Virus record (IMG/VR): IMGVR_UViG_2870282538_000006 | Location: 29,068 to 93,067 of that record | Reading direction: 5' to 3' (one strand) | Source of the DNA: a virus | Lineage: Duplodnaviria > Caudoviricetes | DNA: 64,000 bases | In this document: positions 46,411-58,038 of the stretch, piece after piece | Layout of the letters: each line of letters opens with the position of its first letter | Numbering within the stretch: the stretch's first letter is position 1 | The notes under the pieces: model-generated | Seen by the model: only the letters and a program-made list of their open reading frames with translations | The model's database searches: none | Told to the model about the DNA's origin: nothing | Program-made: the position numbers and the translations under genes

Positions 46411-47163
46411 ATGGGGAAAACGGGACCAAAAACAGAAGCAGGATTGCAAGCTGTTTCTGAAAGTGCCAAAAGTCTTGATCACTCATCATGGACAGAGAAT
46501 CCTGCTGCGGTCCAAGCAATCGAGATTGCTAAGAGATTAAGGCAAACAAAACATGGGATGTATGCATCCGTTCCGATTATTTGTAAGGCAGAATCCTGTC
46601 CGTACGCAGAATCATGTGAGTTGCAACAGATGGGTCTTGCACCATACGGCGAAAAGTGTCCAATGGAAATTGCAGCTATAGAAGATCTCTTCAGACGGTA
46701 CTGTAGTGATATGAACATTAACCCTGAAGATCCATCACAGCAGGTTGATGCCATAATGGTCAAAGAAGTTGTTGATTTGGATATCTCTATGCTTCGTTGT
46801 GATAAAAAGATGGCTATTAGTGCAGACTTCATTATTGATCAAGTAGTATCTGTAACTGAAGATGGAGATCCGATTTCTAGGCAAGAGCTGCATCCTTTAA
46901 CAGAATATAAGGAGAAACTGCGTACACAGAAATATAAAACGCTAAACCTCTTAAACTCTACTCGCAAGGATAAAGAAGGATCGGTTCTCAATATTAATAC
47001 AGATCCATCTGAACGTGCAGCTGAAATGATGCAGATCATTGAAAGCACAAAAGCTCATGATGAAGAAGAGAAAAAGGCAAGGGATGCATATTTCAAAAAG
47101 ATAGGGAAGTTGGATCAACCAATTATTGAAGTAGACCCTATTGAAGAAGATACGGAGGAATAA
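46411..47163 (+). CDS. probable terminase small subunit
   Basis: TGPKTEAG and KHGMY motifs; first gene of late operon. Confidence 0.6.
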   Translation: MGKTGPKTEAGLQAVSESAKSLDHSSWTENPAAVQAIEIAKRLRQTKHGMYASVPIICKAESCPYAESCELQQMGLAPYGEKCPMEIAAIEDLFRRYCSDMNINPEDPSQQVDAIMVKEVVDLDISMLRCDKKMAISADFIIDQVVSVTEDGDPISRQELHPLTEYKEKLRTQKYKTLNLLNSTRKDKEGSVLNINTDPSERAAEMMQIIESTKAHDEEEKKARDAYFKKIGKLDQPIIEVDPIEEDTEE

Positions 47164-47168
47164 CGAAA

Positions 47169-48087
47169 ATGAATTTAAAAAAATTTTTAGTTCCTCCTGC
47201 AATGAGAGTAGGACATGAATACACTCGGACAAATCCTATTAAAAATGCAAAAGAAATAGGCAAGGGCGCTGTTGGATTTATGAAGAAGAATTACAACTTA
47301 AAAGAGCCAATCTTCATGAAAGATCCACAGGGACGTAATATGAACAATCTATGGACTGGTTATGGCTATGGGGGGAAAGGGAGAGCATTGGCAACTGCTA
47401 GCTTAATTGGTGGTGGCACAATCATTGCTTCCAATCCTAAAGCATACCAGAATTTCGTAAATGGAGATTTCGTTGAGGAACAGAGTGAAGCTCTCGATGT
47501 TGAGTCATTACCGTCTACACGTTCAGATGGATTGGGATATCAAGCACAAGTGGGCAATAATTCGGATCTTTCTGCATCCGGAGATTTAGTCTTTGCCATG
47601 CACAAGACAAGGCATACAGGTCAGTTTTAAAGGAGGATAATAAATGGGTGCAATACCACGACCACCGATAAATGCAAAAGGGAGCATAAATAAACTAAAA
47701 CGTTTAGGGAAGGCTGGCACTCTTGGAGGAGTCGCTAATGTTGCGTTTGTTGGGATTGATTCAGGAATGCGAATGCAAGAAGGTGAATCAGCCCCAGTAG
47801 CAGTTGGTAAGTCGTTATTGACCAATGCAGCCTTTTCTCTTATTCCAGGCGGGATATACGGTGCACTTGCTATTGGTGCTGCAACCGCAGTTCCTGAAGT
47901 CATGAATCAATTAGATGAGGCTGCTTCGAATTTAAATGCAAAAAAACAGCAATTCGGAGGTAATTTTCAAGAAACAGAATCTCAATTGACTATGATGCAG
48001 CAAGGTATCACTAGAATGCAAAATGCTAGAATGCAGGTAACTAGGCAGATGGCCAACCATGCAAGAGGAGCTCAAAAAGTTTACTGA
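47169..48087 (+). CDS. two Gly/Ala-rich hypothetical virion proteins (47169-47630, 47644-48087)
   Basis: Hydrophobic Gly-rich segments; late operon. Confidence 0.7.
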
Positions 48088-48103
48088 AGTGAGGTGAATA
48101 ACA

Positions 48104-49984
48104 TTGGCTGGAACAGTAAGCAATGAGCCTTATCAAAGAGTTTCCTCAGAGAACGGGGCATACGAAGGTGCATTGATTGGAACTGCCATTGGAGCAGGAG
48201 GAGCCGGAGCAGGGGTTTTTGGGGCTCGAATGCACTATAAAGGGATTGATAAGAGAGCCGAAAGACATTTAAAGGCTATTGAATCCAGAGAACCAGTTAT
48301 TCAGAGGAAAATAAATAAAGTAAATGCACAAGCAGAAAATCCAAGAATGTCATTCATGCAAAAAGCAAAAAGCACGATCGCAGATGCAGGTATTAATCAG
48401 ATCAATAATTTAAGGAATGCTCAATTAAATGGGTTAAATGCTAAGAATGAGCAAATGAGAAATGTTGTGGACTCTATGCATGGGGCGAACCCAGCCGCTG
48501 CAAAAGAGGCGGACATATCAAGGCGAAGTCATTATGCTCAATCATATGCAGAAATTAATAGCCACTATGATAACGTGATTCAGGGAAGTAATTTTTCTAA
48601 GCTGAAGAAACAAGTTGAAGAATCGCTAGAGAATAAGCGAGCACGTTTAGAAAAGAATCGAGATGTTAAAGTAAACAAACTCAACAAAGAGTTGGGCCAT
48701 TTATCCGCAGGCCGACAGAAGTGGGGAGAAGATGGTGTTAAATTGATGAAACAAAAACACCCTTACACTCATGTGAAAGGTATCGGCAGAAGTGCAGCTG
48801 TTATTGGAGCTGGAGCATTAATAGGCGGCGGAGCAGGCATGATACTTGGAGGATTAACAGACGAGGTGAATAAACATGTTGAACAGTAATCAACCATATA
48901 GACGAGTTGATGATGGTATGGGATCAGGTATGGTTTCTGGAGCTGTAGTTGGCGGCGCTGCGTCAGCAGGATTTATTTATGGCGGCAATGCAGCAGGACA
49001 AAAATTGCAGCAGGCTAACTCTTCTTTAACAGGAAGAATGATTGACCGAGCTCCTAGTCAAGAGGCGGCAGATAGATTAACTGCACAAGGCTTAAAAAGA
49101 GAACGTTTCATTCAAAAAGGTATGGATTATTCTACTAAAGCAAGAGGGTTATCTAACATGAAGAAAGCTGGTATTGTTGCCGGTGGTTCTATTTTGGCTT
49201 CTCTTATTGGTGGAGCTATTGATAAATCGAATGATCAAAGAAGATAAAGGAGGAGTAAGATATGGCGCTGGATAGTAATCGACCATTAACTTCTGTCCAC
49301 AATGATCAAAATGGAATATGGGAAGGAGCCGGCTGGGGGCTGGGGGCTGGAGCAGTTGCAACGGGAATGATGTATGGTGCATCAGTTCATGGAACAAAGC
49401 ATCTTCAGAATTTAAACATGTCACTGCTAGGTAAAAGACAAGGCCGCTTATATGAAATGAATGAGCGTAACGCAGCTTTAGGCAGAAAAGCATATTCAGA
49501 AGAAGCACTTCAAAGTAAAGCCCTTCAAATGGAAGCGAGAGCTGGTCGAAATGCAAAAATGTTAAGCACTATGCAGGCCGGTGGTAAATTTGCTTTCGGG
49601 TCCGGCAAAAGAGCAATGATAGCAGGTGCAGCAGGTTTATTAGGAGGAGCACTTATTGGAGGAATTTCAGATTCTTTAAAATAGAGGTGGAGGAGTATGT
49701 TGCAATCAAATCTCCCGCTTAGTAGAGTTTCAGAACCATCATTGTTTGATGAAATGGCAAGTGGCGCTATAACGGGTGCAATGGCAACAGGTGTTATGCA
49801 AGCAGGTTTTTATGGGATGTCAAAAGTAAAATCAGATAAACCCATATTGAGAAGTATGCAGAGGTATTCTAAGGAAGCATACGCACACGGATATGGAAAC
49901 TTAAAGCGTACTGCAATCACATATGGAATTGGAGCTATTGCAGATGGTTTACTGCATGGAGCTATGTATAAGAGCGGTATGTGA
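48104..49984 (+). CDS. four tandem paralogous glycine-zipper proteins (48104-48889, 48876-49247, 49262-49684, 49697-49984)
   Basis: Shared N-terminal SNxP[YL]x[RS]V motif; GxxxG helices at both ends. Confidence 0.75.
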
Positions 49985-50002
49985 GAGAAGGGTGATCTCA
50001 CT

Positions 50003-51790
50003 TTGAGTGTCAATATAGATAATTTTAGTAATGAGGAATTGGATCAAATAGAATTAGAGATTCGATCTGATCCTGTGAAATGGGCCTACTGGAAACTTAA
50101 AGATCCCAAAGGTAGGCCATGGAAAGCAAGATGGTATCAAAAAGAAATGATACATGGGATTTTATATGGGGATGAAGAAAGCGGCCCACATCGAAGAATT
50201 GCTGCTCGCATGGGCCGACGTGTTGGAAAAACAGAAACCATGGTTGTTTTTTGTTTATGGTATGCATTTCATCATAAAAATAGTCGTCTTTTAATAACGA
50301 CACCTTATGAGCACCAGGTTCGTTTAATCTTTATGCGTCTCAATGAATTGATTGATGATTGCCCAGAATTAGCTTACTCTATTAAATCAAGAACGAAAAA
50401 CCCGTTCATTACTCAATTTAATAATGGCTCTTCTATAATGGGTTTTACAGTTGGGGCCACTTCCGGTAATGCCGGTGCGTCTGTTCGTGGACAACGTGCC
50501 GATTGGATCTTTATGGACGAAATTGATTATATGAATCGTGATGGTATTGATGCTGTAACAGCAATTGCAATGGAAGATCCACGTAGGATTGGCATATGGT
50601 GTTCTTCTACTCCTACAGGTAAGCGTGACTATTTCTATGAAATTTGCACGAACCCTGACACTGGATATAAAGCCTATCATTTCCCTTCAAGTGTTAACCC
50701 TGACTTTGATGAAAAAATGGAAGGCGAACTCCGTGCAACAATGACTAAGCAAGGCTATATTCATGAAGTTGAAGCAGACTTTGGAGAAGAGACTGTCGGA
50801 GTTTTTAGTAAATCAGCGGTAGAGCGAGCAAAATCGCAATACATGTATAGTTACCGGGAGCTAAATGCCTGGGAGCATGAACAGTTTAAGAAACAGGGTT
50901 ATAGCGTAGATGACATAGTATATTTTACAGGTTATACTAAGCATAATATGCCGCCGGCTGCAACAAGGATTGTAGGCGTGGACTGGGATAAATATGGAGA
51001 GTCTACTCAGATAGTTGTCACTGAATTTGATGAAATGCTCAAAAAATTTCGGGTTGCAATGCGTTACGAAATAGCAAGAGGAGACTTCACATATGATAAT
51101 GCAGTTAACAAGCTGATTGAAATAAATGAAGTTTGGAATCCTAAGTTCTTTTATATAGATGCCGGACATGGTGAATATCAAATCGAAATGCTTCGAAAAC
51201 ATGGATTATTAGATCCTTCAAGTGAAATGCATAAGAAAGTGAAGAGAGTTCATTTCAAGCAAAATATAGAGATTAGAGATCCAGTTACCCGTGAAATTGA
51301 TAAAAAAGACGCAAAGAACTTTATGATAAACCAAACTTCGATATTGTTGGAACGTGATCAAATCGTTGTATCACCTTTTGATGATATGATTTGGAAGCAA
51401 ATGATGGATTACCAGGTGGTCCGTATATCCGCTACTGGGAAGCCTCAATATACGTCTGAGAATGAACATGCTCTAGATTCATTTATGCTAACCATTATGG
51501 GATTCACTTTAGAGTTCCCTAATATCACAAAGATTCTTGAAGAAATAAGAGTCGGACGTAAAGTAAAAATGTCAAAAAACAATAATCAAGAAACACTTCA
51601 AGAAAAAATGTTCGGTGGCTATAGAGACGTATACCAAAGTGGCAAAAACAAAAGAGAGATTGAAGAAAAAGATAACCCAAACTGGAACCTTAATAAAGTG
51701 ACACTTGGTTACTCTAAAAGAAAGAGTTCGTCCAGCCTTTGGGGACGTGGAAGTTCTAGAAAAATGGGGACAAGCCGTTCTAGATTCTAA
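50003..51790 (+). CDS. terL: terminase large subunit
   Basis: GRRVGKT, WIFMDE, SSTP, GVDW, EHALDS. Confidence 0.93.
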   Translation: MSVNIDNFSNEELDQIELEIRSDPVKWAYWKLKDPKGRPWKARWYQKEMIHGILYGDEESGPHRRIAARMGRRVGKTETMVVFCLWYAFHHKNSRLLITTPYEHQVRLIFMRLNELIDDCPELAYSIKSRTKNPFITQFNNGSSIMGFTVGATSGNAGASVRGQRADWIFMDEIDYMNRDGIDAVTAIAMEDPRRIGIWCSSTPTGKRDYFYEICTNPDTGYKAYHFPSSVNPDFDEKMEGELRATMTKQGYIHEVEADFGEETVGVFSKSAVERAKSQYMYSYRELNAWEHEQFKKQGYSVDDIVYFTGYTKHNMPPAATRIVGVDWDKYGESTQIVVTEFDEMLKKFRVAMRYEIARGDFTYDNAVNKLIEINEVWNPKFFYIDAGHGEYQIEMLRKHGLLDPSSEMHKKVKRVHFKQNIEIRDPVTREIDKKDAKNFMINQTSILLERDQIVVSPFDDMIWKQMMDYQVVRISATGKPQYTSENEHALDSFMLTIMGFTLEFPNITKILEEIRVGRKVKMSKNNNQETLQEKMFGGYRDVYQSGKNKREIEEKDNPNWNLNKVTLGYSKRKSSSSLWGRGSSRKMGTSRSRF

Positions 51791-51962
51791 TAGTTTGGAG
51801 TGCCTGATATAATGCGTTGTCCCTTGCTCTTTGACGAAAGTGTAAGGTGGAAGGCAAAAAAAATTTATTCCCTGTATCCTTTTTCTTTGGCTTGGCTAAT
51901 CTTTCATCTCTTTCAAAGGGGTAGCTTCGGCTGCTCCTTTACATATTTATGGGGGTGTTTTT

Positions 51963-53243
51963 ATGTCAAATGAGGAGTTTGATAAGGTATATGGAAGTAA
52001 AGGGATCGATACTTTATATGAACGGGAAGCTATTACATATCGACCAGTTATCAAATATAAAAAGGACCAGCTAGCTGCCCTAATCCGAGAAGAGATTCAA
52101 CAGTCGATTGAACGATCACGTACATTCATGATCTCAAATAATTTATCAGACTATGACGAGCTAATTGCAGAAGTTGATCAAATGCTAAAAGATATTGAAG
52201 AACGGAATCCAAAAGATTTAATATCCTCTTTGAAATCTCTTCTCCAAGACAAAAAAGTAAACGAGGTTATTGCATTTGAAAGAGAGCATTGTGGATATAG
52301 GCAAACAGGGGATTTTGAATTATATACGCTTCTGTATAACATGAAGAAATCAATGCAAACTCGAAGAGACTTCTTAGACGAACGGTTTAGAACTCAAATT
52401 ACTGATGAGACTGAATTAACTGAAATAGAAAATGCTGAGTCTAGTTCTATCGATGAATGGGAGCAATTAGAGGCTCAAGTTAATCAAGCCTATCAAGAGT
52501 TAGCAGAACATGGAGAGGATGATGATCATTATCATCCTCTAGATGATGACTCTTTAAGTTTTAATATTGAGCACTTAAATTATGACGAACTACAAACTCT
52601 TGAAGACAAAAAGAGAAGTAAAGAAATTTTTCATACTTCTATGGCAGATACATCTTATATTCACAGAAATCGATATTTCATGTTCCTCGAAGTTATCGAA
52701 AAATCAAAAACAATTGTTTATGATGCAAACACTCTCATTGATCATAACTTGAAAGATTTCATCTTAAGTTTGAGTGAATTAGGAAATTTATCAGCTGCTA
52801 AAGCGCATCTTATTCTACAGTTTAAATCAATTAAAGAGAAACATGAGGCGCTAAAGGGACGAATGATGACAATAGATGATGAGAAAGAAAGCTTTGCATC
52901 AGAAAAACAATACATGTATCAACAGTTAGAAACTAAAACAATAGAACCTTTGAAAAGTTGGTTGTATTCACAGGAAGAAGATATAAGTGGGGCTTTAGAT
53001 ATTTTCTCTGGATACATGGTTAATTCAATGCAGAGCAGCCGATCTACGTATGAGTCATCTATTGCTGATATGTTGAATTTTTATCAATCTGAGGCGAGTT
53101 TTTACGATGAACAGATTTCTTATATGAAAAATAAAGAGGAAATCCGCAAATTTTATAGGATTCTTGAGGATTTAGGAGATGTAACAAATATCACTAGTGA
53201 TTGGGTTGAGGAGTACCTTAAGCTTAATGGATATAGTGTGTAG
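51963..53243 (+). CDS. hypothetical acidic helical protein
   Basis: Long ORF between terL and portal. Confidence 0.8.
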   Translation: MSNEEFDKVYGSKGIDTLYEREAITYRPVIKYKKDQLAALIREEIQQSIERSRTFMISNNLSDYDELIAEVDQMLKDIEERNPKDLISSLKSLLQDKKVNEVIAFEREHCGYRQTGDFELYTLLYNMKKSMQTRRDFLDERFRTQITDETELTEIENAESSSIDEWEQLEAQVNQAYQELAEHGEDDDHYHPLDDDSLSFNIEHLNYDELQTLEDKKRSKEIFHTSMADTSYIHRNRYFMFLEVIEKSKTIVYDANTLIDHNLKDFILSLSELGNLSAAKAHLILQFKSIKEKHEALKGRMMTIDDEKESFASEKQYMYQQLETKTIEPLKSWLYSQEEDISGALDIFSGYMVNSMQSSRSTYESSIADMLNFYQSEASFYDEQISYMKNKEEIRKFYRILEDLGDVTNITSDWVEEYLKLNGYSV

Positions 53244-53306
53244 TCGTATGTGTAATGCATTACATTAATAATGTATAATAATTGTGAATTACTTTATTGA
53301 ATTTAT

Positions 53307-55448
53307 TTGAGCTTATATAAAAAGGAGGTCACATTCTTGGCAAAACTGTGGAATCAATTTCTTCAGAACATAAAGTTCAAGAATGCATCTTCTGGCGCTA
53401 CATCTGGTGGCAGTTCAAGCTCAATTAATCGTGATCCTAAAGCAATACAAGTGGGTCGAGTAGGTTATCAATATGATGGCGGCGGATCGGACGATTTTGC
53501 AGAACCACGTGCCGATTTTGAGTTGATTGATAAGGCCATTCTCAAAGATTCATATATTCAACAGGCAATGTTGAAATATAGTGAACTCATCTTTAAAAGT
53601 GGATGGCTTTTAAAGGGGAAAAATGAGCAGGCGTTAGAATATCTCAAAAGTCGGCTGGAGATGATGGCAGTTGCAACTGGAATACCGACAGAGCAGTTGT
53701 TTCAAGGAATTGCAGATGATATTGTCCGTTACAGCAACTGCTTTATAGTTAAAGCTGCTGCTAAAAATGGAGTTGGCTTGCCACCGGGATTATCAGCAGT
53801 GCCTATTCCTCCAAGAAAAGATCCAATAGGCGGTTATTTTCGGTTACCACCGCAGTCAATTACAATCTCACGGGATATAAATGGCACTGTATTAAAGTAC
53901 AAGCAAGAGATCGAAGGCGCTGACGATCCTCTGGAATTTAATCCAGAAGATATTATCCATATTACAGTTAACAAACCTGTAGGGAGACCGTTTGGTGACC
54001 CGTGGATTGCACCAGTGTTAGAAGATGTCCGACTTCTTAGAAAAGTAGAAGAAAATGCTGCGTTATTGTTATACCGACATCTCTTTCCTTTATTGACTTA
54101 TACGGTGGGCCTTGATAAACCAGGATTTGAAGCTTCCGATGAAGAGATTGAAGAGCTTCAAAACGTAATTGAGAATATGCCGACTGATGGAACAATTATA
54201 CTTCCTGAGCGTCATAAACTTAATGCCGTTAATATCCAAACGATCGACGGTAAGCCTTATCTAGACTACTTTGAGCAACGTGTTTTTACAGGGCTTGGAA
54301 TGAGTACAGTAGATATGGGCCGAGGTGATACTGCAAACAGAAATACAGCAGACGCAATGAGTGGTATCAAAGCTGATCGTGTTAAGGGCTGGCAAAAACA
54401 GCTGCAAGTTCAGATTGATAAATATATCATTGATGAACTTCTTGTTGAGGGTGGCTTTGATCCTCTAGCTAATCCTGAGTATGATGTTGACTTCATCTTT
54501 GAAGAGATTGAGCAAGAGAAGAAAATTGCAAAAGAGAATCATGCCATTATGAAGTTTAATTCTAATTTGCAAACATTTGAAGAAACACGCCATGAAATTG
54601 GATTAGAACCAAATGCCGATGAGTCACGATTAATGTATCAAATGATTGGTACTGAAACGTCAAAAACAAATGACGAAGTAAGCAACAAGAATGCACCTGA
54701 AAATCAACATGGCAAGCAGACGGCACCTAAAAATGCAGAGTCTGTCCAGGAATCAGTATTTAATTATATTCCTGCCGAAAGATACAACAAGTTGCATGAC
54801 ATGCTTATGAGTTCATACCAGGCACTCGAACACGACACAATGGATGTAATAGAGTCTTATGTTGAGAAAAGAACATTTCCAATTGCACAGCCAAAATCAT
54901 GGATGTCTTCACTTCATTTTAGTAAAGACAGAATGCTTCGGCACATAAAGGAAAGCACTCAGCAGTCTTTGTCAGAAGGCGTATTAAAAGCAAAAAAAGA
55001 TGTAGGTCGAAACTCTTTTCCAGAGGTAGATTCAAGAAGAGCCGCCCGTATTATCCAGACATATGCATTAGAGTCTCTTGAGAATCTCGAAGAACTTTTA
55101 AAAACCACCTTGTCTCAAAAGCTAAAAAAGAGCAAAAACAAAGAAGAAGCAATCTTATCAGTGAAAGGTGTTTTTAAGGCAGCCAATCACCGTCTTTCAT
55201 TTATGTCTAAGACGTTGCTGGCAAAATCGTTTAATTTTGGTTATTCATTATCTTTAATGAAATATGGTGAAGAGCATGTTCAAACAGTTTATGAAGGCTC
55301 TTGCTTTACGTGCCAAGAAAAGGCCCTAAAAAAGATTTCACTTCAGCAATTTTCATCACTTAATGAAATAGCGATATTTTATCGTATTCCGCCATGGCAT
55401 CCAAATTGCGATTGTGAATTAGAGTACGTTAAGGGAGGTGAAAAATGA
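53307..55448 (+). CDS. portal protein with C-terminal MuF-like domain
   Basis: FNPEDIIHI...PFGDPWI portal pattern; C-terminal CFTC...PPWHPNCDC. Confidence 0.85.
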   Translation: MSLYKKEVTFLAKLWNQFLQNIKFKNASSGATSGGSSSSINRDPKAIQVGRVGYQYDGGGSDDFAEPRADFELIDKAILKDSYIQQAMLKYSELIFKSGWLLKGKNEQALEYLKSRLEMMAVATGIPTEQLFQGIADDIVRYSNCFIVKAAAKNGVGLPPGLSAVPIPPRKDPIGGYFRLPPQSITISRDINGTVLKYKQEIEGADDPLEFNPEDIIHITVNKPVGRPFGDPWIAPVLEDVRLLRKVEENAALLLYRHLFPLLTYTVGLDKPGFEASDEEIEELQNVIENMPTDGTIILPERHKLNAVNIQTIDGKPYLDYFEQRVFTGLGMSTVDMGRGDTANRNTADAMSGIKADRVKGWQKQLQVQIDKYIIDELLVEGGFDPLANPEYDVDFIFEEIEQEKKIAKENHAIMKFNSNLQTFEETRHEIGLEPNADESRLMYQMIGTETSKTNDEVSNKNAPENQHGKQTAPKNAESVQESVFNYIPAERYNKLHDMLMSSYQALEHDTMDVIESYVEKRTFPIAQPKSWMSSLHFSKDRMLRHIKESTQQSLSEGVLKAKKDVGRNSFPEVDSRRAARIIQTYALESLENLEELLKTTLSQKLKKSKNKEEAILSVKGVFKAANHRLSFMSKTLLAKSFNFGYSLSLMKYGEEHVQTVYEGSCFTCQEKALKKISLQQFSSLNEIAIFYRIPPWHPNCDCELEYVKGGEK

Positions 55449-56784
55449 TATGAATTACACTTTAGAAGAACATAAAAATAAGCAGCTTATTAAAAACAGT
55501 GACTTAACAGAAAGTGTTGGTATTATAGGGAAAATTAAGCCTGAGACAGTTGAAAAGTTAACTGAAGCTGCAAAGGGTAAAAATAAGCGCAAACTTGTTG
55601 TTCAAATGGAGGCTATCCATGTTGGTAGAACAGCAAATTACACGTTTTACACTGAAGAGGGTTTAAAAAATGGACTTGAATCCTGGACTCACCCTTATAA
55701 CAAGCCTGTATTAACTCATCATGATTCACATAGTGGTGAGCCTATCGGCCGAATTCTTAGAGCCGAATTTGCAGAATCAACGATGTCTGGCAGAAAAGGT
55801 TTGATTTTCACGTGTGAAATCACCGACCCAGAAGCCATTGAAAAGGTATTGGATGGTAGATATCAGACAGTATCAATAGGGGCTACAACAGATAGAGTTA
55901 CATGCAATATTTGCGGTACAGATCGGACTAAAGAATGGTGCGAGCACTGGCGAGGCGAAGAGTATGAAGGGCAAACATGTCATTTTGTTATAGGCACTAC
56001 ATTTGGAAATGAAGTGTCTTATGTTAATGTACCTGCCGATGAGAACGCTGGGAACTTTTCAGTTTCTGTTGAGGACTCAGATGATTCATCTACAGAAGAA
56101 AGTGCCACTCTTCAAATCTTTCAAATTGCAGAAGGACTTATGCAAGACATTTCAATGCCACATGTAAATTTATATGAAAGTGTCAGCGAAGACTTGAAGC
56201 AGTTAATTGATGGGTTATTAGAACAAAATGAAGGAGGGACTCAGGATATGACAAAAACAAAACAACAAGAAAACGTATCAGTTGAGGAATTGCAAAACAA
56301 GCTGGATCTGTCAGAACAAAAAGTCAAAAGTCTAGAGGCAAAGCTTACAGCAACTCAAGAAACATTGTCCAACTTGGTTATTGAAAAATCTAAAGTTGAC
56401 AGTTTGCTTTCTGACTCCCAGGCCGAAGTTACTCGTCTAACATCTGAAAATGCTAATTTGATTGAGAAAAATCATAAGTCTTTGGCGGAAAAAGTCGTAG
56501 ATATGAAGCTTGCTTTGCGCAAATCAGATGTGGTGGGAATGAAACGTGAAGAGGCGGTTGCTGAACATATAAAAAGAACAGAAGAGTCTTTAAACGATGC
56601 TGTAAAGGATCTGCAAATTGAAATGAAAGACTCTTCAGCTTCAAAGGGATCTGTTACTAATCCTGGATATTCAGGAGAAGATAATAACCCAAATAAGAAG
56701 AACGAAGAAAATGATAAAGAAGGCAAAAGCATAGAAGAAGCAGCAAGCATATTTTCGTCTATGTTTGGCCGCAAAAAAAGATAG
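55438..56784 (+). CDS. prohead protease fused to coiled-coil scaffold
   Basis: PVLTHHD..PIGRI...VSIG...EVSYVNVPAD; C-terminal coiled coil. Confidence 0.85.
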   Translation: MKNDMNYTLEEHKNKQLIKNSDLTESVGIIGKIKPETVEKLTEAAKGKNKRKLVVQMEAIHVGRTANYTFYTEEGLKNGLESWTHPYNKPVLTHHDSHSGEPIGRILRAEFAESTMSGRKGLIFTCEITDPEAIEKVLDGRYQTVSIGATTDRVTCNICGTDRTKEWCEHWRGEEYEGQTCHFVIGTTFGNEVSYVNVPADENAGNFSVSVEDSDDSSTEESATLQIFQIAEGLMQDISMPHVNLYESVSEDLKQLIDGLLEQNEGGTQDMTKTKQQENVSVEELQNKLDLSEQKVKSLEAKLTATQETLSNLVIEKSKVDSLLSDSQAEVTRLTSENANLIEKNHKSLAEKVVDMKLALRKSDVVGMKREEAVAEHIKRTEESLNDAVKDLQIEMKDSSASKGSVTNPGYSGEDNNPNKKNEENDKEGKSIEEAASIFSSMFGRKKR

Positions 56785-56790
56785 GAGTGA

Positions 56791-58020
56791 ATGAACGTGG
56801 CACTATTTAAAGGAATCGATGGTCCATTAAAGGATACACCAGATCAGAAGTTTCGCACTAATACAAAACTGCAAGCGGGCACTCATGATTCACCAGGTGA
56901 AAAGTATTTAGTTGATCCACGCTTACCTAGGCTATTCCGCTACCACTTTGGTGGAGATGGATGGGTCGTTATCCCAAAAGGTCGAATTGTTGCTCCAGCT
57001 ACTAACGGAGGAAAAGATGATGATGGCCGATTTGATGATTTTGACTCTGATGTTCCTTACAATGCTTTAACTCTTGCTAATGGTGGCGTTGATGTAAAAG
57101 AAGTTGGACGAGATGGGGAAGAGTATACTCGTACTGCAAACATTCCAATTGGCGTTGCCTATGCAAACCTCTATGAAGAGTATATTGATGGCTTTAATGG
57201 AATGCAGCCAACTGTTGAAAACGAAATTTATATTGAATTGCCTTACATTAATAATAAAGATGACGCTTATGAAATTAATTGGGGAGCTTATTATGACACT
57301 GATATTACTAATCCTGTCAAAGCGGGTGACTATGTAATGTCAGATGAAAATGGCTACTTTATTAAAGCAGACTTCTCTAAAATTCGAAAAGACATTGAAA
57401 AAGCTGAAAACTTAGAAGATCTAAAAAAAGCTCTTAAAGAAGAATCTCGTATGCGTGAGCAGGTTCTTGGACAAGTCTGGGCCGTTGAAACAAATCTACC
57501 GCCGCAAGGATGGTTGAAGTGGGTCGGATGGTCAAAAGAAGACTCGGCTTCTGACGAGTGGAGAACTCAATCTGGAGCAACTCATGCAGACATCGGTGCT
57601 CAGGATGGATTCCCAGGCTATCCGTATGAGAGAAGTTATCGAAATGTCGATAAGCGTGATGGGAAATATTATCCTCAAGGTATCCCAGGTCTTACAGATG
57701 GTGCAAATATTGAAGTTCCGTTTGAGGACGAAGTTATTGGACAAGTTCAGCCAGGACAAAATGGACGCCATGACTTTTATTTGAATCATACGCCAGCAGT
57801 TGAAGGTTCTTTGACTTTGAAAGTCGGCGATGAAGTCGTTAAGCCAAGTCATTTTGATCCAGTGTCCGGACGTGTTGTATTTAGCTTTGACAATTCAAAA
57901 GGGACAGCACCATTAGCTGTTACAGCTACCTATAAAGCAGTGGGACAAATTCCAGGTGTGCCGACTGGTTGGGATTTCAAAGGATCAATCGGTGCAGTGC
58001 GAATCCTACTACAGAAGTAA
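56791..58020 (+). CDS. head structural/decoration protein
   Basis: Position between protease and capsid; VIPKGRIV pattern. Confidence 0.6.
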   Translation: MNVALFKGIDGPLKDTPDQKFRTNTKLQAGTHDSPGEKYLVDPRLPRLFRYHFGGDGWVVIPKGRIVAPATNGGKDDDGRFDDFDSDVPYNALTLANGGVDVKEVGRDGEEYTRTANIPIGVAYANLYEEYIDGFNGMQPTVENEIYIELPYINNKDDAYEINWGAYYDTDITNPVKAGDYVMSDENGYFIKADFSKIRKDIEKAENLEDLKKALKEESRMREQVLGQVWAVETNLPPQGWLKWVGWSKEDSASDEWRTQSGATHADIGAQDGFPGYPYERSYRNVDKRDGKYYPQGIPGLTDGANIEVPFEDEVIGQVQPGQNGRHDFYLNHTPAVEGSLTLKVGDEVVKPSHFDPVSGRVVFSFDNSKGTAPLAVTATYKAVGQIPGVPTGWDFKGSIGAVRILLQK

Positions 58021-58038
58021 GAAGGGAGAAACAACAAG

